Program-made: the position numbers and the translations under genes | In this document: piece by piece, positions 13,101 to 24,889 of the stretch | Numbering within the stretch: the first letter of the stretch is position 1 | Layout of the letters: the number at the start of each line of letters is the position of its first letter | Notes under the pieces: generated by a model | The model's input: the letters and a program-made list of their open reading frames with translations, nothing else | What the model was told of the DNA's origin: nothing | The model's database searches: none | Assembly (NCBI GenBank): GCA_964252035.1 | Contig: OZ176201.1 | Origin: Podarcis erhardii | Taxonomy: Eukaryota | Strand: one strand, 5' to 3' | DNA: 64,000 bases

Positions 13101-13793
13101 CAGATTTGTACATGAAAAGTAGTCAACTTAGGCATTAATTTTGAAAATAGTGCTTATTAACAACTGTTAGCCATGATAGCTATATGGAAACTCCATGTTC
13201 AGAGGTCCTGTACCTCTGAGGACCAGGTGCTGAAGCCATTACAATCATACCTGACTTGTGAGCTTTCAGAGGGCCTTCCTGGCTGTTGTTGGTAATATAT
13301 TACTGAACTAGATAAACCTTGACCTGGTCCAGCAAGGTAATTCTTGCAGTCTTAACTTGTAGGATTTCAAGGTTTGTGCTCCTTCTTATTGCAAAAGGAA
13401 CACTTATATTTTCACTAGACTTCAGGCTACAAAAAAATGCTAGAGCATACAACTTTGGAGCCAACCAGCCTTGGGCAAACCAGATGGTCCTTTTTAAAAG
13501 GAAAGGAACCAGCCAATAAGACACTGTCATCTTAGCCCCTGGGTTGACAACAAGAGAGCACAGATTTACAAAACTGCAGAGCCAGCTCTTTGCATTTTAC
13601 AAATGTTTTGTTTGTTCCTAGGGACTTGCTGAAATCCAGACCTGTCAGAAGCAAACAGATGCAGTAAAGCTTAGCATGTTGAAGACTTGGGCTACACTTA
13701 GACATAATTTAATTTTTAAAGAAATATCTAAGTGTATAACATGAAATAATAAAGATTTTTTTTTTAAAGAAAGAGATGTAAATTGATCATAAT

Positions 13794-13895
13794 CAGTGCT
13801 GTTTTTCTAGAAAAAGAGGTGCTGGAACTCACCATGCCTACCTGAGAGGTTTTGGAACTGAGTTCTGGCGAGTTCTGGCTGGGGGGAAAGCCCTG
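13794..13895. mobile_element. hAT-type MITE, 102 bp
   Basis: Termini CAGTGCT...AGCCCTG; near-perfect 8-bp TSD ATCATAAT (13786-13793) / ATCATAGT (13896-13903); same family as 47860..47980. Confidence 0.75.
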
Positions 13896-14310
13896 ATCAT
13901 AGTTAATGAATGACAATCAGAGCAATCAGGATAATTCTGATTTTGTTAACACAGAGTTGAATTTCCTAGCAGCAAAATGTTTCAATTTGGGTTCTGGGAA
14001 AATATATTGTTTCTCAAAACCAGAAGTGCTTCCTGGAAGAATGACATCTGCAACAAATGACTAAGAGCTGTTCATTTATTAGATTTAAATGGATTGCGTG
14101 AAAGGTCCTGTCCGTCTTGCTTTACTGTAATGAACTTGGCAAGAAGGAATTTTTAATTAAATTCATCATGCAATGATACTTCTTTCATGTTAATTTGCAA
14201 GGGTGCCAGATTTTTGTTTCTAAACTTGATAGCTTTGCTTACATTCTTTGACATCTGAGTATTGAGAGATAGGGTGGGGTGCAAGCTTAAAAATAAATTA
14301 CCAGTACTTC

Positions 14311-14537
14311 AGAAGGTCAGCGGTTTGAATCCCCGTGATGGGGTGAGCTCCCGTTGCTCGGTCCCTGCTCCTGCCAACCTAGCAGTTCTGCTCTGGTTCA
14401 CCAGAAGTGGCTTAGTCATGCTGGCCATATGACCTGGAAGCTGTACGCCGGCTCCCTTGGCCAATAAAGCGAGATGAGCGCCGCAACCCCAGAGTCAGTC
14501 ACGACTGGACCTAATGGTCAGGGGTCCCTTTACCTTT
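14311..14537 (+). mobile_element. Sauria SINE (lacertid type), 5'-truncated, apparently internally deleted
   Basis: GAAGGTCAGCGGTTTGAATCCCC..GGGGTGAGCTCCCGTTGCTCGG..GAGATGAGCGCCGCAACCCCAGAGTC..AATGGTCAGGGGTCCCTTTACCTT matches the Sauria SINE body and (ACCTTT) tail as I recall them. Confidence 0.8.
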
Positions 14538-14811
14538 TCACTTGCTTATGACTCCTGAGTTTAGGAGCCCTTCCCTTCTTCATTTTTAAAATTATTATTA
14601 AAGTGAGGGATAACACTTTTGTTACTTGCTAAATTGTGGCTATTGTGTTGTAGGTGTTTTTTTTTCAAATTTTGAGGGTTTTATGTCCCTTCATGATGTC
14701 CAAGTTAATTATAGCTCAGGATTTCTGCAAGCCTGTGTGATAAACTGGGTTGTGCTCATAAAGGTCTCTTTTAATGGCATCTAATGGAATTTGTTTTCTC
14801 TTCTTTTGTAG

Positions 14812-17800
14812 GAATCCAGTAAGCCTTATCCACCAGACCTGTCTCGTAGCCCTCAAAGCTTGAGTGACACTGGCTACTCATCTGATGGCATATCCAGTTC
14901 CCAGAGTGAGATCACGGGCTTAGTGCAGCAAGAAGGAGAACAACTAAACGAAACCGGAATTGTAGAGCCGAGCCCTCCAAGTCCTTCGGAACTCACTAAG
15001 CTGGAAAGCAGTATGCGGCCCCTACTGGAGTCCAAGGGGCTGGCTCAGGAGCCAACAGACAGAGGTAAAACATACCACGAATTACGAGAGGAGCAGAGGG
15101 AAAGGCAGAGGCCACGGTCCCTTTCTATCACCCCGGAAGCCTTTGATTCTGATGAGGAGCTAGAAGATATAATGGAAGAAGATGAAGACTCTCTAGAATG
15201 GGAGAACCAGAAGGAGCAGAGGGACAGCATGGAATCTTCAGATGACTTCGGCAGCAAGCTACGCCACGACTACGTGGAGGACAGCAGCGAAGGAGAGTTC
15301 TCCATCGTACCAACAAGGCAGAAAAGCAAAGAACCTGCAATGACTGACGAAGAGTTCATGAGAAGGCAGCTCCTGGAGATGAGTGCAGAGGAAGATAACC
15401 TGGAGGAGGAGGAAGAATACGATCGTGTAAAATATAGTGTTGCAAAAAACGGGCGCAAGCCTGACTCGGAGAAAAGCAGGGAGGCCGCCTTATCCAAGAG
15501 ACGCCTGCCTCACAGCTCTGGCAGCATATATGAGGAGGAAAGAAAAGAGCTGGAGAGTACTGAGGGGGAAGACATGGCTGCATCTCAGGGAGGTTTGCGG
15601 CGTTTCAAAACCATTGAGTTAAACAGCACTAACAACTATGGCAGAGACATGGAGATCAGCCAAGAGGCAGACATCAGCCTAGACAGAGAACCTGAACTGG
15701 AGATGGAAAGCCTGACGGGATCCCCAGAAGACAGGTCAAGAGGCGAATATTCTTCCACCTTGCCAGCAACAACACCCAGTTACACATCAGGAACCTCCCC
15801 CACCTCCATCTCTTCCCTGGAGGAGGACAGCGATAGCAGCCCTAGTCGCCGGCAGAGGCTGGAGGAGGTCAAGCAGCAGAGGAAAGCCCGGCATCGCTCC
15901 CACGGACCTCTGCTGCCAACCATAGAAGATTCCTCCGAGGAAGAAGAGCTGCGGGAGGAAGAGGAGCTCTTGCGAGAACAGGAAAAAATGCGAGAGGTAG
16001 AACAGCAGCGCATCCGAAGCACGGCTCGGAAAACAAAGAGAGATAAAGAAGAGCTGAGGGCACAGAGGAGGAGGGAAAGGTCTAAAACGCCACCCAGCAA
16101 TCTGTCTCCCATTGAAGATGCATCACCCACCGAGGAACTGCGTCAGGCTGCAGAGATGGAGGAACTGCACAGATCTTCCTGTTCGGAATATTCTCCTTCC
16201 ATTGACTCCGAGGCAGAGGGGTTTGATGTCATTGCCTCCAAGCTGTACAAGTCTGGCAGTGAGTACAACCTCCCAACATTTATGTCCCTCTATTCTCCAA
16301 CAGAAAAAACTGCTGGCTCTGGTTACCCCTCCAACAAGCCCCTGAAAAGTGCGGAAGAAGCTTATGAAGAGATGATGAGGAAGGCAGAAATGTTTCAAAA
16401 GCAGCAACCATCCCAGCAAAGCGTCTCCTACAGCAACACCTTCCAGCAAGTAGGCTATCGTGGTTCAGAAGGCCAAAATAATTTCGAATACCAATACATA
16501 GACGACTACAGCTATGACGGCCGGAATTTAGACTCCTCTCAAGCAGACTATCAAAATGAACTTTCCAAATCTGGGGCAGTTTATGAAGAAATCCTTCAGA
16601 CATCACAGAATATCTCCAGGATGCATCAATCCTCTTCTCTGGATTTGACCCTTGAACAGGAAGTAAAGAAGAAAGGGAGAGAAGATGCTTATCAAGAAAA
16701 GCAGTTTCTGAATGCAGAGAGTGCTTATGAAAGTGGCCCACTCACTCCTGGGACAAGCCCAACCCAGTTGTCTGCTCCTGTCTCCTTTTCCTCCACTGAA
16801 AGCAGCGCAGGCAGAATAATCCCTGATGTTCGAGTCACTCAACATTTCGCAAAGGAGAGTCAGGAGCAGCCAAAGCTTCATAGCTCACCCACAGCACCTA
16901 GTTCAGTTTCAAAGAGCGTAACAACGCCCTACACATATGCTAAAGGAACTAGCACCGTCACCACTGTTGTTTCCAGTCCTGCAAGTGCACCACGAATCTA
17001 CAGCTCTCCGACTTCTCTGAGCGGCTCAGATGCACCATCCGTGTCCACTACTAGCCGAAGTTATACTCAAACAAAAGTAACAGCCAGCTATGGTTGTCAA
17101 ACAGAAAATATTTCCAGGGTCAGAAGCGTTGCAGAGATTAGTGGGCCGTCAGCAAGAGAGAAACTCCAAAGCATGACTGACAAGTCCACTGCACCCATGT
17201 CGACACCTAAAACATATTCCTACTTCAAAAGCTCAAGCCCACCACTTTCCCCTTCTTCTCCTACTCAGAGCCCCACTCATTCTGTTCCTAGAGCTGGGGT
17301 GCCACCCAGTTCAGGGATGGGGGTTAAATCAACTGCAGAGTTTTCCACCCAAACCCATAGCCCGGTTCTCGCCTACGATGCCCCCACGACTACCGCTATG
17401 TCAGCCTCTTCTCCAATGGTAGCTCAAGGAACACAGACTCCCTACCGATCGAGTTCCCCTCGCCTTGCTCGGCAACAATCATCACAAGAATCTCCCTTTA
17501 TGGTCATCACATTAGCAGCGGATGCAGCCATTCAGACCAAGCCAATTGGCGTAAGTTCCTCCATTTCACCAGCCTCCTCTCCAACTCGGCAAGGCCGCCA
17601 GCATAGCTACAGTCAGACAGTAATCCATGCAGCGCAACTCCAACAAGAGCAGCTGCAGTCCACTTACACGAAGACCCAATCAGCTCTCGAAAGAGCCTCT
17701 GCTCCTAGTGCTGCAATGCAGAAAGTGCAAACAACTGCTGCTGACAGCATGCCTGGTGTGTATAGCTGGGGAACGCTGCCTGCAGAGAACATTTCTTTGT

Positions 17801-19950
17801 GTCGGATATCATCAATACCTGGGACATCCAGAGTAGAACCTGGACCCAGAGCAGTTGGTAGTAATATTGTGGACCTGCGGACTGCAATAAAGTCAGCTCC
17901 AATCATTATAACAGACCAAGGGATGGATCTCACATCCCTAGCTACAGAGAGCAGAAAATACTGCCTCACTATGGACCAGTCACCAAGTCGGCAGTCTAGC
18001 ACCATCCAACCCTTAATTATCAACCTTAATGCCCAGGAACAGCCCCATGCTATCATAAGCACAGCCACCACAGTCAGCATCACTGTTGCATCTTCCATGC
18101 TTGTGTCTCAGCCAAAGCATCCTGCGGTCTATGGAGACCCTTTCCAGAACAGAGTGGACTTTGGTCAAGGGACGGGGAGTCCTGTCTGCCTGACACACAT
18201 TAAGCAGGTAGAACAAGCAGTTCAGACTGGTACTTTCAGAGGAGTTGGTAGCGGCACTGGAATTTCTGCTTCTGCGGGCCGTCCAGAAGCCACAGGTCCA
18301 CAGCAAGCGAAATTTGCAAGATACAATTTGCCCAACCAGATGACATCCTTGATGAAAAAAGATGCCCTGATCAGTCAGACCAACAATGCACAGAATATTG
18401 TGAGTGCCATTCCCAGACCGTTTCCTCAGGACCAAAGTTCAGAGGTGTATAGAGGGATCCCAGTGGAACTGAAAACTCAGACACCCCCAGTCACCATTGG
18501 GACTAAGAAATCCCAGGTTATGATGGTGCAGATGGATGATATTGCAGCAGGCCCTGTCACCAAACTTATCAAAGAGGAACCTCCTCCCAATGCCTTGGAT
18601 CTCACAGGGATGAAGCCTGAAAGTCAAATAGCATGCTGTGACGTAGTGTACAAATTTCCCTTTGGAGGCAGCTGCACTGGGGCTTTTAACCCTTCTTCCA
18701 AGGTGCCAGAGAAAAACGTTGGGGATGCAGCAAGCGCTGACAAACCTAGTGGCCAGTACTATGGCGGCAGAGAACAGGAAGTGGCAGAGGCATATCCTTA
18801 TCGAGAACAAGCAGCACCAGGGCCTAATCCGTACGAGGAGCACAGATTCTACCATCATGGCCTGTTTGGGAGACTGTATTCCTCAATGTCAGATACAAAC
18901 CTTTCTGAAATGGGCTTGAACTATTACCCAGTTAAGGGAGGGCAGCCCTTCAACACTCCTGCTGGGGATTCCGCTGTGGATCTGACAACCATGAAACCTC
19001 CGTACAGCCACAGCTTCACCGAGGGAGGCTACATGGGGCACGGAATGCAGTACGGCTCTTTCTCTGACCTCAGGCAGCCCAGTGACTTGCTGAGCCATTC
19101 CTACCCAATGCGGAGATATAGCTCGGCCTCCAATATCTACTCTGACTACAGGTATTCGCTAAGAGGGGACCTGGCAAATTTCCAGGAAGCCAGCCTGGCT
19201 CATTATAGCGCCACAACAGCTCGCGAAATCAGCCGAATGTGTGCAGCACTCAACTCTATGGACCAGTACGGTGGCCGGCATACAAACAGCTCAGATCTTC
19301 TCCAATATGGACAGTATGGGCCAGGAGGGGGCGGAGGCATCTCGGCCCAGCAGGGTGCCATGAAATCAAACATGATGTACAAGCCAAATTTCCCAGAGTC
19401 TGGCCAAGGCTATGGAAACCTAGCCCAGTACAACCTCTCCAGACTTGGAGCTGTCAGACAGGGACTCCCTTCCACAGCCACCGTCCGAGCTGCTGATGGC
19501 ATGATTTATTCAACCATCAACACACCAATCGCATCAACTCTCCCCATCACTACCCAGCCAGCTTCTGTGCTGCGCCCCATGCTCCGAGGCCTATATAGAC
19601 CCTATGCCCCAGGCAGTATCACAGCTGTCCCTCTGGCCAGCTTGACCAGAGTGCCTCTAGTTGCTCCCAGGATCCCCCTTGCATCCCAAGGTCTGTATCG
19701 TTATCCAGTGCCCAGCAGACTCCCAGCGGCTCCCACATCTTCAGTAATGGAAACACCAATGTATTTGGGGAAGCCTGTTAGCACCACTGCAGCCAGCACT
19801 GCTGCCAGTAGCATAAGCCCAGCACCAGTTTCCAAGCCCTCAGCTCCGACTGCTGTCCCCTTGCAAAGGCCTGAGCAGAAAGGCAGAGAGGAGGCTGCTG
19901 CAGTGACTTCTGGGGTGCAGAGTACTGTCAGGGATGCCAGCCAAGGACAG

Positions 19951-19981
<31 letters not shown>

Positions 19982-21675
19982 CACCACCACCACCTCCACC
20001 ACCACCACCACCACCACCACCAACCCAGAAACAAGCCGAAGCTACCCAGCCCAGCATTGCCAGCAAAGCAGCCACAGAAAGGGAAGAAAAGGAGAAGGAG
20101 GAAGAGAGGCAGAGGAAGCAGCAGGAGCACATCCTCCAGATTGAAAGGGAGAGAGTCGAGCTAGAGAAACTGAGGCAGATGAGGCTGCATGAGGAGCTGG
20201 AGCGGGAGCGAGTGGAGTTGCAGAGACACAGAGAGAAGGAGCAGCTGCTAATGCACAGGGAGATCCAGGAGCTGCAGTCCATAAAGCACCAGGTCCTGCA
20301 ACAGCAGCAGGAGGAGCGCCAAGTCCAGTTTGTGCTGCAGCGGGAGCAGCTGGCCCAGCAGCGCTTGCAGCTGGAGCAGATCCAGCAATTGCAGCAGCAG
20401 CTGCAGCACCAACTGGAGGAGCAGAAGAGGCAGAAGAGCAGCTTCCCTCCCGTCTGTGACCCTTCGGGGAGGCTCCCTCCCCAAGCCGCGTCAGAGATCA
20501 CCATAGAAATGCAGCGGACCCTTGCTCAAAATGGGCAATACTGGCCACCCATGAACCAAGCATTTATAGCTACTGCGGCCCCAGGGCAAGACGGGCAAGG
20601 GCAGCCTCGCTACCCTGGACTCCAGAGGCCTCTCACCAACTCAGCCTCTGAAATGTCCCTGCAGACGGAAGACCAGTGGGAAGCCGGTCGGGGGATCAAG
20701 AAGAGGAACTCCATGCCGCGTCTCCGAGATGCTTATGACAAGGAGCCAGGCCACGAGCCATATGTTGCCGTGAAGAAGATCACAGACAGCAGTGTGCAGA
20801 CGGATGAGGAAGATGGGGAGGAGCGCTTCTATGCATCCCGCCGCCGGCGGACCCGGCGCAGCACCGACTGCAGTGTTCAGACGGACGAGGAAGACAACGG
20901 CGAGTGGGAGCAGCCTGTGCGGCGCCGGCGCTCCCGCTTTTCGCGGCACTCAGACTCCAACGCAGAAAGCAAGCCAGACTCTTCGGCCAAAGGCACGACT
21001 AGCATAGCGATCCAGACCATCAGTGACTGCTCTGTGCAAACCGAACCTGACCAGCTCCACCGAGTGTCCCCTTCCATCCACATCACCACCCCTGACCCCA
21101 AGGTGGAGATCGTGAAATACATCTCTGCCCCCGAGAAGACCCAGCGAGGAGAGAGCCTGGCTTGCCAGACGGAGCCGGAAGCGCAGCCACAGCCAGGCAT
21201 CGTGATCCCCCAGCTCACTGTGCCTACGACGATTACGCCTTACTCCTCCAACATCCAGATCGTAAGCACAGGCCCCCTGGATCCCCATTCGGTCCGACAG
21301 CAGGCCTTGGGGAAGAAGAAGCCCGACCCACTTGAAATTGGCTACCAATCCCACCTGCCGACAGATTCCTTGTCTCAGCTGGTGTCCCGTCAGCCTCCCA
21401 AGTCCCCCCAAGTGCTCTACTCCCCAGTCTCGCCCCTGTCCCCACATCGGCTGCTAGAGTCTTCCTTCACAACCAGCGAGAGGCTCAACAAGGCCCACGT
21501 GACCCCGCAGAAGCACTTCACAGCCGACACCACCCAGCGCCAGCAGACCCTACCTCGCCCCATCAAAACCATGCAGCGGTCCTTATCTGACCCCAAGCCC
21601 ATCAGCCCAACATCAGAGGAGTCTGCAAAAGACAGGTTCTCCTTGTATCAGCACGCGTTGCTTCCTGGTAGCCAG
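14812..21675 (+). CDS. BSN: Bassoon giant exon (approx. exon 5), 6,864 nt; coiled coils CC1 and CC2
   Basis: Acceptor CTTTTGTAG| at 14811, donor CAG|GTAAGA at 21676; 2,288 codons, phase 0/0; Bassoon/Piccolo motifs DLSRSPQSLSDTGYSSDG, RRRERSKTPPSNLSPIEDASPTEELRQAAEMEEL, AADGMIYSTINTPIA, RSLSDPKP. Confidence 0.97.
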
Positions 21676-22071
21676 GTAAGATTGCCGCTTGTCTGATAAG
21701 TAAGAGAAGTCTGATGATATTTCTGCTTTTCTTTTTAAAGGCCCCCGCTTATCACGTAATCACTGTATGCAGCAGGAATGAAGGAGAGCTGCTTTAAAGT
21801 CCCCGTGAAGATAAGACACAACAGGCTTATTGGTCACAACAGGTCCCTCACTCTCCATGTAAAGCTTGTTTTGCAACTTTCTTCACAGACATGCAAGTCA
21901 AATGCATGATGCTCTTAATCATGCTCCTCTCCTTCAAGCAGAGTGCCCACATTTTTAAACCCAAAAAATTGCTAAAATAAAATAAAACCATGAAGACACC
22001 GAAAATAATTATAAAATTGCTTTAAGGATTGGTGAGGTAGTGGACATTGACCAGTAAGTACCCACTGCAGC

Positions 22072-22287
22072 CAGGTGCATAGGAAGGGGGGGGCGGTCCG
22101 CCCCGGATCTCATCCCTGACAAGGGTATCAAAATCCCCCTTGGGCAGATCACCACCATGCCGATCGCCCCCCCCCCCGGGCGGATCACTGCTGTGCCAAT
22201 CTGCCCCCCAGGTGGATTGCCGCCATGCCACTTGCCCCTGGGTGCACGGCATATGTCCGGGTCCCCAAGCAACTAGCTCTGCCGCTG
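22072..22287. mobile_element. GC-rich hAT-type MITE, 216 bp
   Basis: Perfect 8-bp TSD ACTGCAGC (22064-22071, 22288-22295); CAG...CTG ends with imperfect TIRs (8/12). Confidence 0.75.
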
Positions 22288-23461
22288 ACTGCAGCCTGCT
22301 TTCACTTGACAGGCTGAAAATTTCCAGAACCACTTTTTCAGAGTTCATTTCAAGACATTGAAAGGTATATGCATTTTCTATACAGCAAAGGCACTTCCAA
22401 ACCACCTTCACTATACTTAAAATGATTCCTCTGTCTTAACCTTTAAGAAATGTATTCCCTCTTACTAGATGTTAATGTGTGGTTTGTATATAAGGCATGA
22501 ATATATATACAAAGTCCAGGCTATCTGAAAAACTGTATTCCCTCATACGAAACATCCAGGTTCTGAGATCTTTAGGTGAGGCCCTTCTCTTGGTCCTGCC
22601 ACCCTCATAGTTATGCTTGGTGGGTATGCGAGAGAGGGCCTTGGGTAATCCCTCCCTGGAGAAGTTATTATGCCTCCCTCCATGTTGTCCTTCCACTGGC
22701 AAGTGAATACCTTCTTATTCCAACAGGCTTTTGGGAACTGTCAGCTTTTAATGAAAGGGCAGGTGCTGTTTTATTATAATTAGCTGTATGTTTTTAATAG
22801 ATCTCTGATAGATGGATGGGTAGATAGATATTTAGTTTCATTAATGTTTAATTGGTTTAAAATTATTGTATTTTTTTCTATGCTTTTGGCTATTCTTATT
22901 TTGTCCGTATTGAGTCCCTGTCAGGGAAATAGACAGAGTATGAATACATTTATTATTATTATAATACCCCACAGCGTGAAAGAATCCACTGCTACTCCTT
23001 ATGTTCCCAGTATGGTATCAGATACTAGAACGTCTTCAGGCAATCTACAGACGTCTTAAAGAGGGGACCATCACATCTCACTCATACAACATTGCAGATT
23101 GACATCCTGGTCTTCAGAAGCAAAGTCTAGCTTTGAATTGCACAGCATCCTTACTGAATTTGTGCAAGAAATACATAATGAACTCCATTCCTAACATATT
23201 TTGTATATAAAGTCTTGTGCTTTTATTATACTTTTCAGCTTTTCCTACCTACCAACTGCAGCAATTCTTCTCATATAGGATTGCATTATTTCTACCCCCT
23301 TACAGCAGTCTCTTTTGCTTCGCCTTTAATATATGTTTGATACTCTGTGGTGTGGTTCAGTATCAGCAAGATACTGAACACACCCAAGTCCAAAATAGCA
23401 AGTGCTCCCTTTTCTGCATCCTAAAAACCCATGCAAGCGGAGAAGCTGTGTGTTCTCTCTT

Positions 23462-23476
23462 GTGCCATCTAGTGGC
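23462..23476 (-). promoter_or_regulatory. Candidate CTCF binding site
   Basis: Reverse complement GCCACTAGATGGCAC fits the CTCF core CCACYAGRKGGCRS; motif only, no occupancy data. Confidence 0.45.
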
Positions 23477-24749
23477 AATAAAGAAAAATAGCCTTTTGTG
23501 CTTTGGGAAAAACATGTTGTTAGCTGCTAAGGAACTCCTACGTGGCATCTCAGAGGAACTTTCCCTTCATTAGTACATATGAAAACAAGACATCCATGTG
23601 GGAATTGTCATGAGATCTTTCGCTTTAGTACCTGCCAGGACAGCTGCGCAAGGGAAAATCGTATCACATTCCCTAAAATGTCCATCAACTCACCTTCGTC
23701 AGTCATATCCTTTTCTACACAGACATAAGAAATCTATATTTTGGAAAGCAGATAAATTGCAATGGAAAGGTGCTTCCAGACATTGGAGGGGGGGTGTTAA
23801 TCTAGGAGCATTCTAATTTTCTGGCTCTAGCAGGCTGTACATCTGTATTCTTGCTCTGTCAAGCTATTGTGGTAAGCAACACAGGTTTTCCAGTCTTAGC
23901 ATTACAGTTTGCAGCTGTAAGAAACCGGTACAAGTGCTAATAAATGTTTTCTATTGCAAAGTTGGCCCAGTCAATAAACCTGCTGTTATGTTTTGAACTA
24001 ATTGCAGTTTTTAAACGACCTTCAAGTGCAGTCCCCAGTACAGCACATTGCAGTAGTTTAAAAAAAGACTGTGCCAAAATCAAGAACAACTATCTCTGGC
24101 TTAGCTTTGTCTCTCTGAGACCACTATGGATAAGACTAAATCTAATAGCATCCCCAGACTACAGGCCTGATTCTTAAGGGGGAGTGCAACCCCATCCAGA
24201 ACAGGGAACATAGCATCTCCCATGGCAGACAGACTAGAATACTATACATACCACACCCCAAATTTATGGGTGACTTCGCTCAGATGTTAGCAGCACAGAA
24301 TGGAACCTGGCAGAACACCAGAGACAGAGCTGCAGTCCCCAGCACCACCTTCTGAAATAGTATGGAAAAAAGTCCCCCCAATCTTGACTTCAGACAGCCT
24401 TTCCAGAAACATACCATGATTGATTATATTGATAGCTGCTGAGAGGCCCAGGAAAATTGACAGGGTTTTGCAGTATCCCAACCCTACACCCAGCAGAGTT
24501 CATTCCTCAGGACAACCAATGCTATTTCAATGACAAAACCAGGTCAGAAAAAGGATTCGGGTGGGTCCAAAGAATTTGTGTCATCCAAGAATGTCTGCAG
24601 TTGCACTTAAGCAGCTTTCCCCTAATGGGAATGTTTGTGACCAGCTAACAGGGGGGGGGGGAGTCTTGTGGAGACAAAGGAGCCTTCTTAGGGAATGACC
24701 ATGTGACCATTCCTTCCAGTAGCACCTTAAAGACCAACTAAGTCAGTTC

Positions 24750-24793
24750 TTGGTATGAGCTTTCGTGTGCATGCACACTTCTTCAGATACTAA
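24750..24793 (-). ncRNA. Minimal type I hammerhead ribozyme motif, minus strand
   Basis: Reverse complement TTAGTAT-CTGAAGA-A-GTGTGCATGCACAC-GAAA-GC-TC-ATACCAA; helix I 6/7 paired. Confidence 0.65.
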
Positions 24794-24845
24794 GTGTGCA
24801 TGCACACTTCTTCAGATACTAAGTGTGCATGCACACTTCTTCAGA

Positions 24846-24889
24846 TTGGTATCTGAAGAAGTGTGCATGCACACGAAAGCTCATACCAA
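24846..24889 (+). ncRNA. Minimal type I hammerhead ribozyme motif, plus strand (BSN sense)
   Basis: TTGGTAT (helix I) - CTGAAGA core (24853-24859) - palindromic helix II GTGTGCATGCACAC - GAAA (24875-24878) - GC (minimal helix III) - TC cleavage site (24881-24882) - ATACCAA (helix I', 7/7 paired). Confidence 0.72.

Noticed and set aside
13215-13240. REST/RE1 site, expected for a neuronal gene
   Set aside because: Only the TTCAGCACC half is present (minus strand); the GGACAG half is missing. Other TCAGCACC hits (40655, 56098, 61996) are also half-sites.
15045-21602. Many minus-strand and alternate-frame ORFs over the giant exon (e.g. 19701..20504, 267 aa)
   Set aside because: Shadows of low-complexity, GC-rich Bassoon codons (poly-C, poly-G, poly-L, poly-S); no independent protein signature.
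24765-24846. 29-bp palindromic direct repeats resembling a CRISPR array
   Set aside because: Units are head-to-tail with no spacers, there are no cas genes, and the context is a vertebrate intron; explained as tandem duplication within a Penelope-like remnant.
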